Positions 60,001 through 64,000 of a stretch of 64,000 nt of DNA are shown piece after piece. Position 1 is the first letter of the stretch, and each line of letters begins with the position of its first letter. Below the pieces are notes generated by a model. It made no database searches. It was not told the DNA's origin and was given only the letters and a program-made list of their open reading frames with translations. Origin of the DNA: Candidatus Omnitrophota bacterium (GTDB lineage Bacteria > Omnitrophota > Gorgyraeia > 1-14-0-20-64-10); the NCBI GenBank assembly GCA_023248155.1, contig JAHFFE010000004.1, positions 68,248 through 132,247 on the forward strand, in the 5' to 3' direction. A program made the position numbers and the translations under genes.

Positions 60001-63000
60001 CATTAATTTCAAAACGACCGCTGTGGATGATGTTTTGGGAACACTGGGCTTTGAGAGAAGTTCGAATCGCGGCCAGCAGTTTGCGAAAACGCTGGAAGGC
60101 GTTGCGCAAGGTTTGAAATTTAGCGCGCGTCAGGTGGCCTTCGGTCAAAAAGGTACAAATAAGTTTCATCCGGTCGCTGAAAACGGTGAAACCTCGGTCG
60201 ATCAGGTTTTTGCGGGCGCGCGCCGCGCTGCGGCTTACGATATCGTGGGCCGTTTGCGTGAGGGCATCAGCCATGACGGCATAGGCTCAGCCGTCTACCG
60301 CAATGTCGGCGATGTCGCGAAACTGGTGAATCTGCGCGAGAGTAAAGTTGAAGTCCAGGAAAGCGCGGTCACCGTCAGTGTGGCGGATGCTTTCCGCGAA
60401 CTGCGCAAGCTTGCCGGCGGCAATCTGATGATCCGCGGCTTTTCGGGCAATGCCACGGTGGCGCGCGAGCGTTTGGCACTGAATCTTGGGGTTGATTTTA
60501 TCGGCAAATTCGATGGGATTGAGAATGGCCGGTTCTATACGCTCAAGCAAACGCCGGGTCAAACCGGCTTCCGGCTGCGCAGCAACGCGTTAAACCATAA
60601 TTTCCATGGGACGATTGATGGCGCGCTGAACCGGATTACAGCGACCACCATCAGCCGGAATAAAAATATTTTGATTCAGGATATCACCGGCGAGGGCTAT
60701 AACGCGGTTTGGGATGCAACCGCCCGCAGATTGAGTGATCTGGGCCGCACGGCGACCGATAAAACGCTGTTTGTCGTCATGCTGCCGGAAAAAGGAAGCG
60801 TGGCCGTATTTACCGACTTTGCTGCGTTTAAAGCCAAGGATTTCAGCAAGTCCACGGAAGTGAAGTCAGTCAAGAATAAAATAACCGGCGAGCTTGATCT
60901 TGTAGTGGACATTAAGGGCCAGGAAATACAGTTCAATCGATTGCTGGGCGGCTATGAGGCCGGCAAAGGCCCTTTAGAAGCGCTAGGCTTTGACCGTGTG
61001 GTTGAGATTCAGAGCATGCCCGCGACGCGCGGTACCGACCAGCGCTTTGACGTGCAGAATTCAGCCGGCAAGTGGCAAGCCAATGTCCACCGCATCTTAC
61101 TGGTGGATCGCAATACGACTTTTGACTCGCTTGAGCAGGCCTTGGGCCGTGACCGCGGGTTAGGCAATTTGACGCTCGACCGCGCGACGCTCTCAGACAC
61201 GATTTCCGTGATTGATGCCAACCCCAATGCGCTGCGGGCCGAGTTCAGCAAACTGGGCGGGGGCGACAACGTCATCGGCTTGGTACGGTTCACCCATGAA
61301 ACGCTGCGCGCAAATATCCGCGAAGGCATTCTTAGCGATGGCTTGACCGCCTTGCGCGATGCACCCGGCCGTTTGTTGGGTGAAATTGAGACGGCGTTGA
61401 ATCAAACCTCCCAGGGCGGCGGCTTGGGCGGTGTAAAGGGCGCGGCGAAGGGCGATGTGACGGCGGCTCTGGCCTCTTTTGCGGCTTTGCGGAAGCAGGT
61501 GGAGGCAAAAGGCGATGACCTTACGACAGCCTTCAAGGGGACAGTCAAATCGGACCTAAAGTTCAACGACACCGCCAAGCAGTTTCACCAGTTGACGGTG
61601 GATCTGCTGCGTGGGACGGGAGATTTTAAGGGCACGGGGGTCGACTTGATCAAGGCCCTGGAAAATGCGGGCGCTAAAGAGCTGGCCGGCCGGTTGACGC
61701 GCGATGTTTTGAATGTGGACGCTAAATCGCTTGAGCTTAAGTTTGACGAGGTGACGGGCGCGGTCGAAGGGGCCGGACGCGGCGCCCGTTTCCTGGCCGA
61801 TGCCGATGTGTTTACGGTACGCGATACGGTTCAGGCCTTCCGTAATTCTCTGCATGATCTTTCCACGCGTCAAATTGAAGTCGGCGATAACGTTAAAGGC
61901 CGCACGACGGCTGAAACTTCGGGATTTAAAAGCGCGCGCGATCTTTTGCCGGATTTCACTTCGGCCAATCGCGCGGTGACTGCGGCGGTGCGTGTCGAAG
62001 TGAAGGCAACCGAAGGGTTGGCCCGCACCGAGGTAGGCAAAAAGTTGATTGATGCCTCCAGCGCCAAATATAGCGAGGCTTACCAAAAGACCATTGTAAC
62101 GGAGGTCACGGCAGCCCAAAAAGCGCCGGGCGCTACCGCCGCCACGATTGCTGCAGCCCGTCAAGCGGCCGAGACCAAAGCGGATGAGGCGGGGCGCGCC
62201 GCGTCAGCCACGCGGTTTTATGTGCCGAATGCCCATGAAATTCATGTGGAGGTGGGCGGCCAGGTGCTCGTGTTTAATGTGGCTGATCCTGGTGCCGTTG
62301 CCGCTGCCAATCAACTCGATTATGAAACCGCCGCCATGATTCGCAATGCCGTGCCGGCGGGTTCGGTGAATGGATTTGTAAGCGCGCAGTTTGATGTGGC
62401 GGCTAACCAGTTTGTCTTTTCGGCGGATATTTTGACGGATTTTCAATTTCAGCGTTCCGGCACAAAACTGCCGGCGGCAGATTTCTTCCGCCAGATCGTG
62501 ACCCCGCAGACCCAGCCGGGGACCAGCGGCTTCGCGAACTTTAATCGCGTTGATTTTGGCGCGACTGCGGATACTCGCAGGACCAGCCTGGAGAAGCATT
62601 TGGCGGCTCTAGCGGCTGGGAAAATCCCGTCGGCTCCCGGCATCGATGGGACAACTTTGCCTCACCAAACGCTGGTCTTGCCCGATACGGACACCGTGAT
62701 TGACGTGCCGAATGTGGGCGCTATTGCGATTAAGGGCGGGACTAAGATTTTTGTTCATGCGGATGGCACGGTGAGCATTCCGGCCGGCGCATTTGCCGAC
62801 GATGATTTTAGAATCCCGGGATTCAAGTTAATTCCGACGGCGGATGCGGCGATTGTGGTGCGCGCAACCGGGGCAACGGTTCTACGGTTAGGGCCTGGAA
62901 CGCAGTCGTCTTTTGATTTTGGCGGGGTTGCCATTCCGAATCTGCCGGAGGGGACTGAAATTGAATTTATTAAAAATACCGTGAGTGCCATTAATTTACC

Positions 63001-64000
63001 CGCGGAATCTTCTGTCTCGATCACAGTGGCGGGTACAAGATTCACATTGCCTCCCAATACCCGGATTATCCCAAGCGACATTCCACAACAAACCCAGTTT
63101 GAGCTTCCGGACGGCCGGGTTATGGTGGTTAAAATTGATGCGGTGACTAAAAAACCCGTGCCCGTATTGGCCAGCGTCAATCTGCCGGACTTTGCAACCG
63201 TCGATACGGTCTGGGTGACGGATGCCGGCGCCATTAAAACATTCCGCAAAGTGGAAACGCCCGTCAATATTGACATTGGAACCCGCAAAGTGATTCTGCC
63301 GGCGGGCGTTTTTGTAGAAACCGATCTCGCCGGAAAAATTCTCCGGATCGCGATACCTGAAAATGTAACTTTAACTACTGCCCAGCTGCCGGCCCTGACC
63401 ATTCTTCAGAAGCAAGGCGTGAAGGTTGTTTCTGTCCACGGCGTCGATGACAAAATAGGAACTGTGACTGCGATTCGAGTGAACGCCTCAAGCTTGGACC
63501 TGGATGATTTGAATGTCATCCAAAGCCTGCAAGCCACAGGAGTGAACGTGTCTTTAGTCCGTCTGCCCGCAGACACGCGTCTGGATATTAACATTCCGCC
63601 AAGCCTGGCGGGTCTCAACGACGCGCATCTGGCTGCGCTGGAAACGCTTCAGGGGCTTGGAGTGCCATATCAACTCAGCGGTGCTTCGGGCAGTGTGCAT
63701 TTGACGCTGACGACTATTCCACCCGGGTTAAACCTTGTCGAACTGTCTGAGGCCGGCTTGGATGTCCGCGTCAACCTGACAAAAATTCCTGACAAAAGCC
63801 AATGGAGTGATCAGACAGCGAAGGCGTTTAAAGCGGCCGGTGGAAAACTGATTGTGAATCTCGGCTCTTTGAATGGTGTGTCGCTTGCTGATTTGCGTGA
63901 CTTTGCCGCTCGTGATGCCGGAACAATCAATTTGAATCTGATTCAGATTGACGCAAGCTCTTTTGTTGCGCTGGCAGATCTTTCGGGAACAAAAAATATT
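2..64000 (+). CDS. Internal fragment of a single giant ORF (21,333 in-window codons; 5' and 3' ends outside window) encoding a multidomain, probably cell-surface/membrane-associated giant protein
   Basis: I translated frame +2 across the whole window (2-10,150; 10,150-35,700; 35,700-48,000; 48,000-64,000) and met no stop codon. No + ORF in the supplied track has start mod 3 = 2, so frame 2 has no stop; otherwise an ATG(50)-to-stop ORF would be listed. Coding-like codon usage with GC-rich third positions (ctg, gcc, ggc, ccg) throughout. Recognisable protein motifs run collinearly along the frame. First in-frame Met is at nt 50, but there is no upstream stop, so it is not a start. Confidence 0.9.
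212..2760 (+). repeat. Three tandem ~400-aa globular modules sharing a conserved core [YW]-x-[LV]-x-V-x-VDG...(V/I)P...AGAHTI-x-[LF]
   Basis: FRYAVVVDGVQRG...LNAGAHHIDIVEMNFYDY at about nt 212-360. YEWQLAVAVDGDDRG...MANGAHTISLRWLNPRPG at about nt 1418-1580. DWQIEVDVYVDDEIY...LTAGAHTIHFYVRDLYG at about nt 2596-2760. Spacing is about 1,200 nt (400 aa). Beta-rich composition, possibly carbohydrate-binding-like. Confidence 0.5.
2950..8290 (+). repeat. Array of about 35 degenerate ~30-36-aa beta-hairpin modules with consensus [VIL]-x-[VIL]-x-G-x-x-[YF]-x-[VIL]-x(4-6)-G-x-[VIL]-x-[VIL]; predicted beta-solenoid or beaded beta-sandwich stalk
   Basis: Examples read in frame: LRLAGKFYRVEISGTAVTLV; VVLDGVLYTIRMDTADSISLL; ITVKDRLYDLVRTEAGALVLV; LFFDGKIYTLAMQANQFVLSDG; IRISGKIYRLALAADGDWVLS; IEIAGTVYQVQRTSGRLEF; FYINGTIYEVQYDETAGSFEV; VELKGQIYWLTRLEAGRYEV; VLAGGKEYTIGQDSVDQRFYL. 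Confidence 0.6.
8310..9265 (+). repeat. Dockerin type-I-like / EF-hand-like Ca-binding repeat array 1 (about 9 copies of D-[VIL]-[ND]-x-[DN]-G-x-[VI]-[DN]-x-x-D with following helix)
   Basis: ADLDQNGEFNAEDARIL; DINGDGLVDQQDIDALNKII; LDVNHDRKIDYRDANAL; FDINRDGLTSS; LDVNNDGLVTHEDVTALGKVI; FDINGDGKLDDLANRKD; ADVNRNGKVDDKDRSDLSESI; ADINNDGRVDDRDWRTLEQGL; DVNEDGRIDSKDSEVLERYL. Confidence 0.7.
9300..10860 (+). repeat. Second block of the G-x-x-Y beta-hairpin modules (about 13 copies)
   Basis: IVEIGEHIYDIYEDPDGKIRLV; VIRLGEREYDAYFKDYGRFEF; VIELEGKRYEVVNHFDGSYTF; VKLDGIYYDIHEDPLTGHVQL; VTIRGRVYDVIENSYSGSITL; VIELNGKNYFVRENTQDGITEF. Confidence 0.55.
10880..11450 (+). other. Concanavalin-A-like / LamG jelly-roll domain (DUF1080-like, 3-keto-disaccharide-hydrolase-type lectin fold)
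   Basis: WQDASIDFTKDKMPQGWAPETGSWRIMAGRAESLVQ...TDFTLSVDLSFEI...WEGSVLFNV...YAARLFERGG...YRMQIRVESGKITLAMNDQPLLEAQDHYFTGGAVALAGKGRDVQFDNIVLH. The start (W..G.W....G.L), middle and C-terminal GG-x-[IV]-[AG]-L...-x-V-x-F-[RD]-N-I motif are laid out as in DUF1080/LamG domains. Confidence 0.5.
11641..11780 (+). other. Gly-rich flexible acidic linker
   Basis: AQGGTAGLGASGGEGEGSFAGGESAGGGAGMPAGGETGAGSGTSYQVSEDEG. Confidence 0.7.
11850..13830 (+). repeat. Dockerin/EF-hand-like Ca-binding repeat array 2 (about 18 copies, ~22-37 aa period)
   Basis: VDITGDGRGDIADIKRIQ; ADVTGDGKVTDADWKAIE; SDVTQDGVTDYRDVEAI; ADLNHNGALDAADVAQL; LDLDFDGKIVLADELAAF; ADIDQDGLITPADLRIYEKL; FDLTNDGVVDGSDEQRMVDLL; GDINRDGITDSRDLDLYTLI; ADVNGDGLIDEKDLARAREV; FDLNQDGKVDDSDLAALMTAI; HDVNADGAVNQTDVDLFDRMI; ADIDHSGAFDAGDVTNF; RDVTGDKRLDSADLLAV; ADLTRDNVIDSADSAFLAQAI; ADIDQDNLIGARDYAGLL; ADVTGDGKVDANDLKDLRRLV; ADVTRDRKVDVADVTKVIESV; FDITGDRMVNALDEQALFF. 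Confidence 0.7.
14282..14323 (+). repeat. In-frame palindromic element copy 1: CAGGGACAGGTCC-16 nt-GGACCTGTCCCTG (perfect 13-bp inverted repeat), encoding QGQVQPGTQPDLSL
   Basis: Read directly from nt 14282-14294 and 14311-14323; the arms are exact reverse complements. Total length 42 nt, a multiple of 3, starting on a codon boundary. Confidence 0.8.
16280..16360 (+). repeat. In-frame palindromic element copy 2: CAGGGACAAGTCC-55 nt loop-GGACCTGTCCCTG (12/13 complementary); loop contains a 21-nt imperfect direct repeat GGTCCAGTTAGC[CG]GCTCA
   Basis: nt 16280-16292 and 16348-16360, encoding QGQVQLAAQVPGTQGEVQLAAQMDLSL. 81 nt, a multiple of 3, on a codon boundary. Confidence 0.75.
16766..16803 (+). 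repeat. In-frame palindromic element copy 3: CAGGGACAGGTCC-13 nt-GGACCTGTCCCT (12-13 bp stem)
   Basis: nt 16766-16778 and 16792-16803, encoding QGQVQTTQQDLSL. 39 nt, a multiple of 3, on a codon boundary. Confidence 0.75.
24146..24580 (+). other. C39-like (bacteriocin-processing peptidase / papain-fold) domain, probably a non-catalytic 'C39-like domain' variant
   Basis: About 145 aa: KYLSEQSLHFGISAFTALSFML...(about 70 aa)...LPAIIHLDGDHFAVLEKADAENVTVREYTGDSFALSVAEFVKHWDGFVMS. The C-terminal block matches the C39 signature G-x-HF(V/A)VL...DP/E...(F/L)...W-x-G-x-(V/L). The N-terminal Q-x(5)-[DC]G motif is present, but the position of the catalytic Cys (DCGxAAL) is occupied by HFGISAF, so there is no Cys. 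Confidence 0.5.
25444..25770 (+). repeat. Dockerin/EF-hand-like Ca-binding repeat cluster 3 (4 copies) plus an isolated copy at about 27,250-27,300 (LDTDGDVDYDDLNVLKT)
   Basis: ADVNRDGSVTAADVTALNLAM; DDINLDGVVDLLDKAIWQQLL; GDVDADSQLDSDDVSLFRSYL; VNVDQDPAGLVDSSDVLAVSNYV. Confidence 0.6.
27560..28050 (+). other. Small beta-rich globular domain inserted in the helical region
   Basis: RISGELDRAAAPGTYNQVAVSFAAPMPEFRVGTTTFKFPFHLRIGNEIFGMRAGDHTVTPEIMNQAFTFYKLYDVVDVTLPDGSIIGYNQPVTTLAAMNPFVSYYDIPTGEHRVNVGPITYRLDEGLTGLWLRLE. The composition changes abruptly to aromatic- and Pro/Gly-containing beta-type sequence. Confidence 0.4.
32100..35700 (+). other. About 1,200-aa Pro/Thr/Asn/Gly-rich beta-type globular region (several domains), with a Cys-bracketed loop (LCQGPTVPPVCQ, nt 34351-34395)
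   Basis: VIPAGFPIQNNTVYEWFPAPATPPAVTPKWYDLQAGSINFSAPASNFVPGQAYVIMRYVKHP; KLYLYLPVHVGEIFADVNGDGYLGLETDPELMVWQDGQLVDIKARD; TFEGDTVNYNVLKHVEVTYELENGETFTSRGETTGFVSD. Confidence 0.4.
35700..43550 (+). other. Mixed region: predominantly charged alpha-helical/coiled-coil segments with small interspersed globular inserts. Includes an E/R/K-rich single-alpha-helix-like stretch at nt 41341-41470
   Basis: For example LEEEAAIRDAEIAGNLAKVQALLAAYNTANANSDLSQADKDRAYQLWKSAREQLNELYIQRFG; FQALEEEKQRRRLEKEAEVRLRNQLKDLAKKPAEIKFQMEKF; DLAALRSQMSETDSQISGINLKISELEETYKRIGG. Small beta/Cys-containing insert at 38,700-38,930 (LCPAGSTDDEIDIDCVRRDSKGKIMTDIHGNVMYIPFEKNAVGYVEG). Confidence 0.4.
45098..45960 (+). repeat. 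Tandem duplication of a ~145-aa module: FTWGQDF-x-F...FKCHIN-x-AGGCDV-[ST]-D followed by thrombospondin-type-3-like acidic Ca-binding loops (D/N-x-D/N-G-N-x-x-LD-P-x-ED)
   Basis: Copy 1, nt about 45098-45530: NFTWGQDFVFTVRG...FKCHINAAGGCDVSDP...TEDRDGDGLLDGSEDANGNNVLDPGEDTLPFNGVLDPSEDTNGNAALDQ...HGTLVLEGDEV. Copy 2, nt about 45533-45960: FYFTWGQDFEFSYLW...FKCHINVAGGCDVTDL...DEDRPALLFPNGNDLLDPSEDINNNGILDLGEDIFAPIGVLNLAEDINQNGRIDV...RGTLILRRNEIV. Period 436 nt. Nucleotide identity is visibly partial, e.g. tttaaatgccatatcaa[tc]g[ct]ggc[tc]ggcggctg[tc]ga[ct]gt. Confidence 0.7.
46019..46232 (+). repeat. YD/RHS-like repeats (2-3 copies)
   Basis: TSYTDSEGRRLKAVDAFGNVTRYFYRRDPLSGAVLTDVRTGQPLETYVLDANNNITILGAEGERLAFIDF. 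This follows the YD-repeat pattern G-x-x-[TS]-x-Y-x-[YT]-D-x-x-G-R-L-x-x-V-x-D-x-x-G-N-x-T-x-Y-x-Y. Confidence 0.45.
48000..55190 (+). other. About 2,400-aa mixed alpha/beta globular region of unknown function (several domains). Includes a hydrophobic/Gly stretch (nt 48361-48466) and a Gly6 hinge (nt 53344-53364)
   Basis: For example NIVNTIVYSAAVMATNIWGGGGLGAASMDGALIAP; KFLYGGGGGGLAKTNN; HALMDGDYQYSATADVSDNKVLS; KIKTTLKIDGVKTTLGFIYDEVTETYTDLEGKPLTGKGLGDKWLIDGLLDGTLSITILDEADGLEGEISGPL. Confidence 0.3.
55195..56930 (+). other. Polytopic membrane segment: about 10-14 predicted transmembrane helices, Gly/Ala/Phe/Leu-rich with many small-xxx-small motifs
   Basis: Hydrophobic runs of 18-25 aa separated by short polar loops: TAGTILAWTLGLGLLALAAFFLVPLAGAFIAAGGILWGIFAAGAVLFAGTAFVAAVAGLWMGASLG; YLINFAMTLMLSAGIGSSSFAV; AFLIEAAISVFAGAAAQLFFFMW; GMNGFLFFIVMSALFGPTAI; LDFLIIQGGAGLLIRFAAQWIP; AGAFILKAASIAFIRLPTILVNYLISAVGQGIGWAAFGVVLTAIG; VWTFFTSLGSGFLAVGSALYQFLGTLLWSPFALF; LNGFLIGNLFTIFGPSVTGGFGRFLAGL; VEAWFMALISKIGLGGLMRLG; GVFGLLQLPFISHFSGLLLNPITFLGSAFFVEHIVPFLG; LVLQVALLFGVTGLL; NLFFFLLP. 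Confidence 0.65.
59200..61200 (+). other. SecA-like / SF2 DEAD-type ATPase motor domain (two RecA-like lobes) embedded in the giant protein
   Basis: Collinear motifs in frame 2. Motif I (Walker A) LQLGTAGGKTSVLT at nt 59252-59275 (SecA: EMKTGEGKTLVAT), followed by GVHTV (SecA: GVHVV). Motif II LLIDEVDQLVD, with DEVD at nt 59768-59779 (SecA: VDEVDSILIDEA). Motif III IRGFSGNATVARE at nt 60437-60457 (SecA: LAGMTGTADTE). Motif V QSMPATRGTDQ at nt 61016-61042 (SecA: TNMAGRGTDI). Motif VI SLEQALGRDRGLGN at nt 61130-61168 (SecA: NQLRGRSGRQG). The DEVD and RGTD variants are characteristic of SecA rather than generic DEAD-box helicases. Confidence 0.6.
62700..64000 (+). other. Beta-type tandem modules followed by a Leu-rich-repeat-like segment; continues beyond window
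   Basis: IKGGTKIFVHADGTVSIPAGAFADDDFRIPGFKLIPTADAAIVVRATGATVLRLGPGTQSSFDFGGVAIPNLPEGTEIEFI... then LDLDDLNVIQSLQATGVNVSLVRLPADTRLDINIPPSLAGLNDAHLAALETLQGLGV...LNLVELSEAGLDVRVNLTKIP...LIVNLGSLNGVSLADLRDFAARDAGTINLNLIQIDASSFVALADLSG, which has LxxLxLxxN periodicity. Confidence 0.35.

Noticed and set aside
2-64000. NRPS/PKS megasynthase as the explanation for a greater than 60-kb ORF
   Set aside because: In the stretches I translated I saw none of the hallmark motifs: condensation HHxxxDG, adenylation A3-A10 cores, KS DTACSS, AT GHSxG, or PCP/ACP GG[HD]SL. Instead the sequence is dominated by structural repeats, low-complexity helix and adhesin-like modules.
1-64000. CRISPR arrays, rRNA/tRNA genes, IS elements/transposases, prophage genes, promoters or terminators
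   Set aside because: No intergenic space exists in the window. I saw no direct-repeat/spacer periodicity, no tRNA-like cloverleaf-capable stretches outside coding context, and no transposase or integrase motifs in frame 2. The only palindromes found are the three in-frame 13-bp-stem elements, which are reported.
2-64000. Giant ORF as an assembly artefact from collapsed or concatenated tandem repeats
   Set aside because: Cannot be fully excluded without reads. However, the repeats are divergent rather than identical. Unique non-repetitive domains (ConA-like, C39-like, TM cluster, SecA-like) are interspersed along the length. The frame is maintained over 64 kb without a single stop, which a random chimera would be unlikely to achieve.

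Overview
The whole 64-kb window lies inside one uninterrupted protein-coding ORF on the + strand (frame 2, codon starts at nt 2, 5, 8 ...). I translated the window by eye and found no in-frame stop from nt 2 to nt 64000. The gene begins upstream and ends downstream of the window, so it is longer than 64 kb and the in-window part alone encodes 21,333 residues (roughly 2.3 MDa at about 110 Da per residue). The ORF track misses it because it lists only ATG-to-stop ORFs that are complete inside the window. No + ORF in the track is in frame 2, which independently shows that frame 2 has no stop anywhere. The 200-650-aa minus-strand ORFs are Arg/Ala/Gly-rich antisense shadows of a GC-rich coding strand. 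I found no rRNA, tRNA, CRISPR array, IS element or intergenic region. The encoded protein is a mosaic giant protein. In N-to-C order within the window I support: (a) three tandem ~400-aa modules; (b) about 50 copies of a ~30-36-aa G-x-x-Y beta-hairpin module; (c) three arrays of dockerin/EF-hand-like Ca-binding repeats (about 9, 18 and 4 copies); (d) a ConA/LamG-like jelly-roll domain; (e) about 6,000 residues of Ala/Gln/Leu/Glu-rich predicted alpha-helical spacer that carries three in-frame copies of a 13-bp-stem palindromic nucleotide element; (f) a C39-like papain-fold domain; (g) a duplicated 145-aa module with TSP3-like acidic Ca-binding loops and a CHIN-x-AGGCDV motif; (h) YD/RHS-like repeats; (i) a polytopic membrane segment with 10 or more hydrophobic helices; (j) immediately downstream, a SecA-like SF2 ATPase motor with collinear motifs I, II (DEVD), III, V and VI; and (k) further beta/LRR-like repeats to the window edge. 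The size is comparable to the giant genes reported from Omnitrophota, Chlorobium and related lineages. The combination of a membrane domain and a SecA-like motor embedded about 18,000 residues into a giant adhesin-like protein is, to my knowledge, undescribed. Domain calls rest on motifs I read by eye and should be confirmed by HMM or structure prediction.
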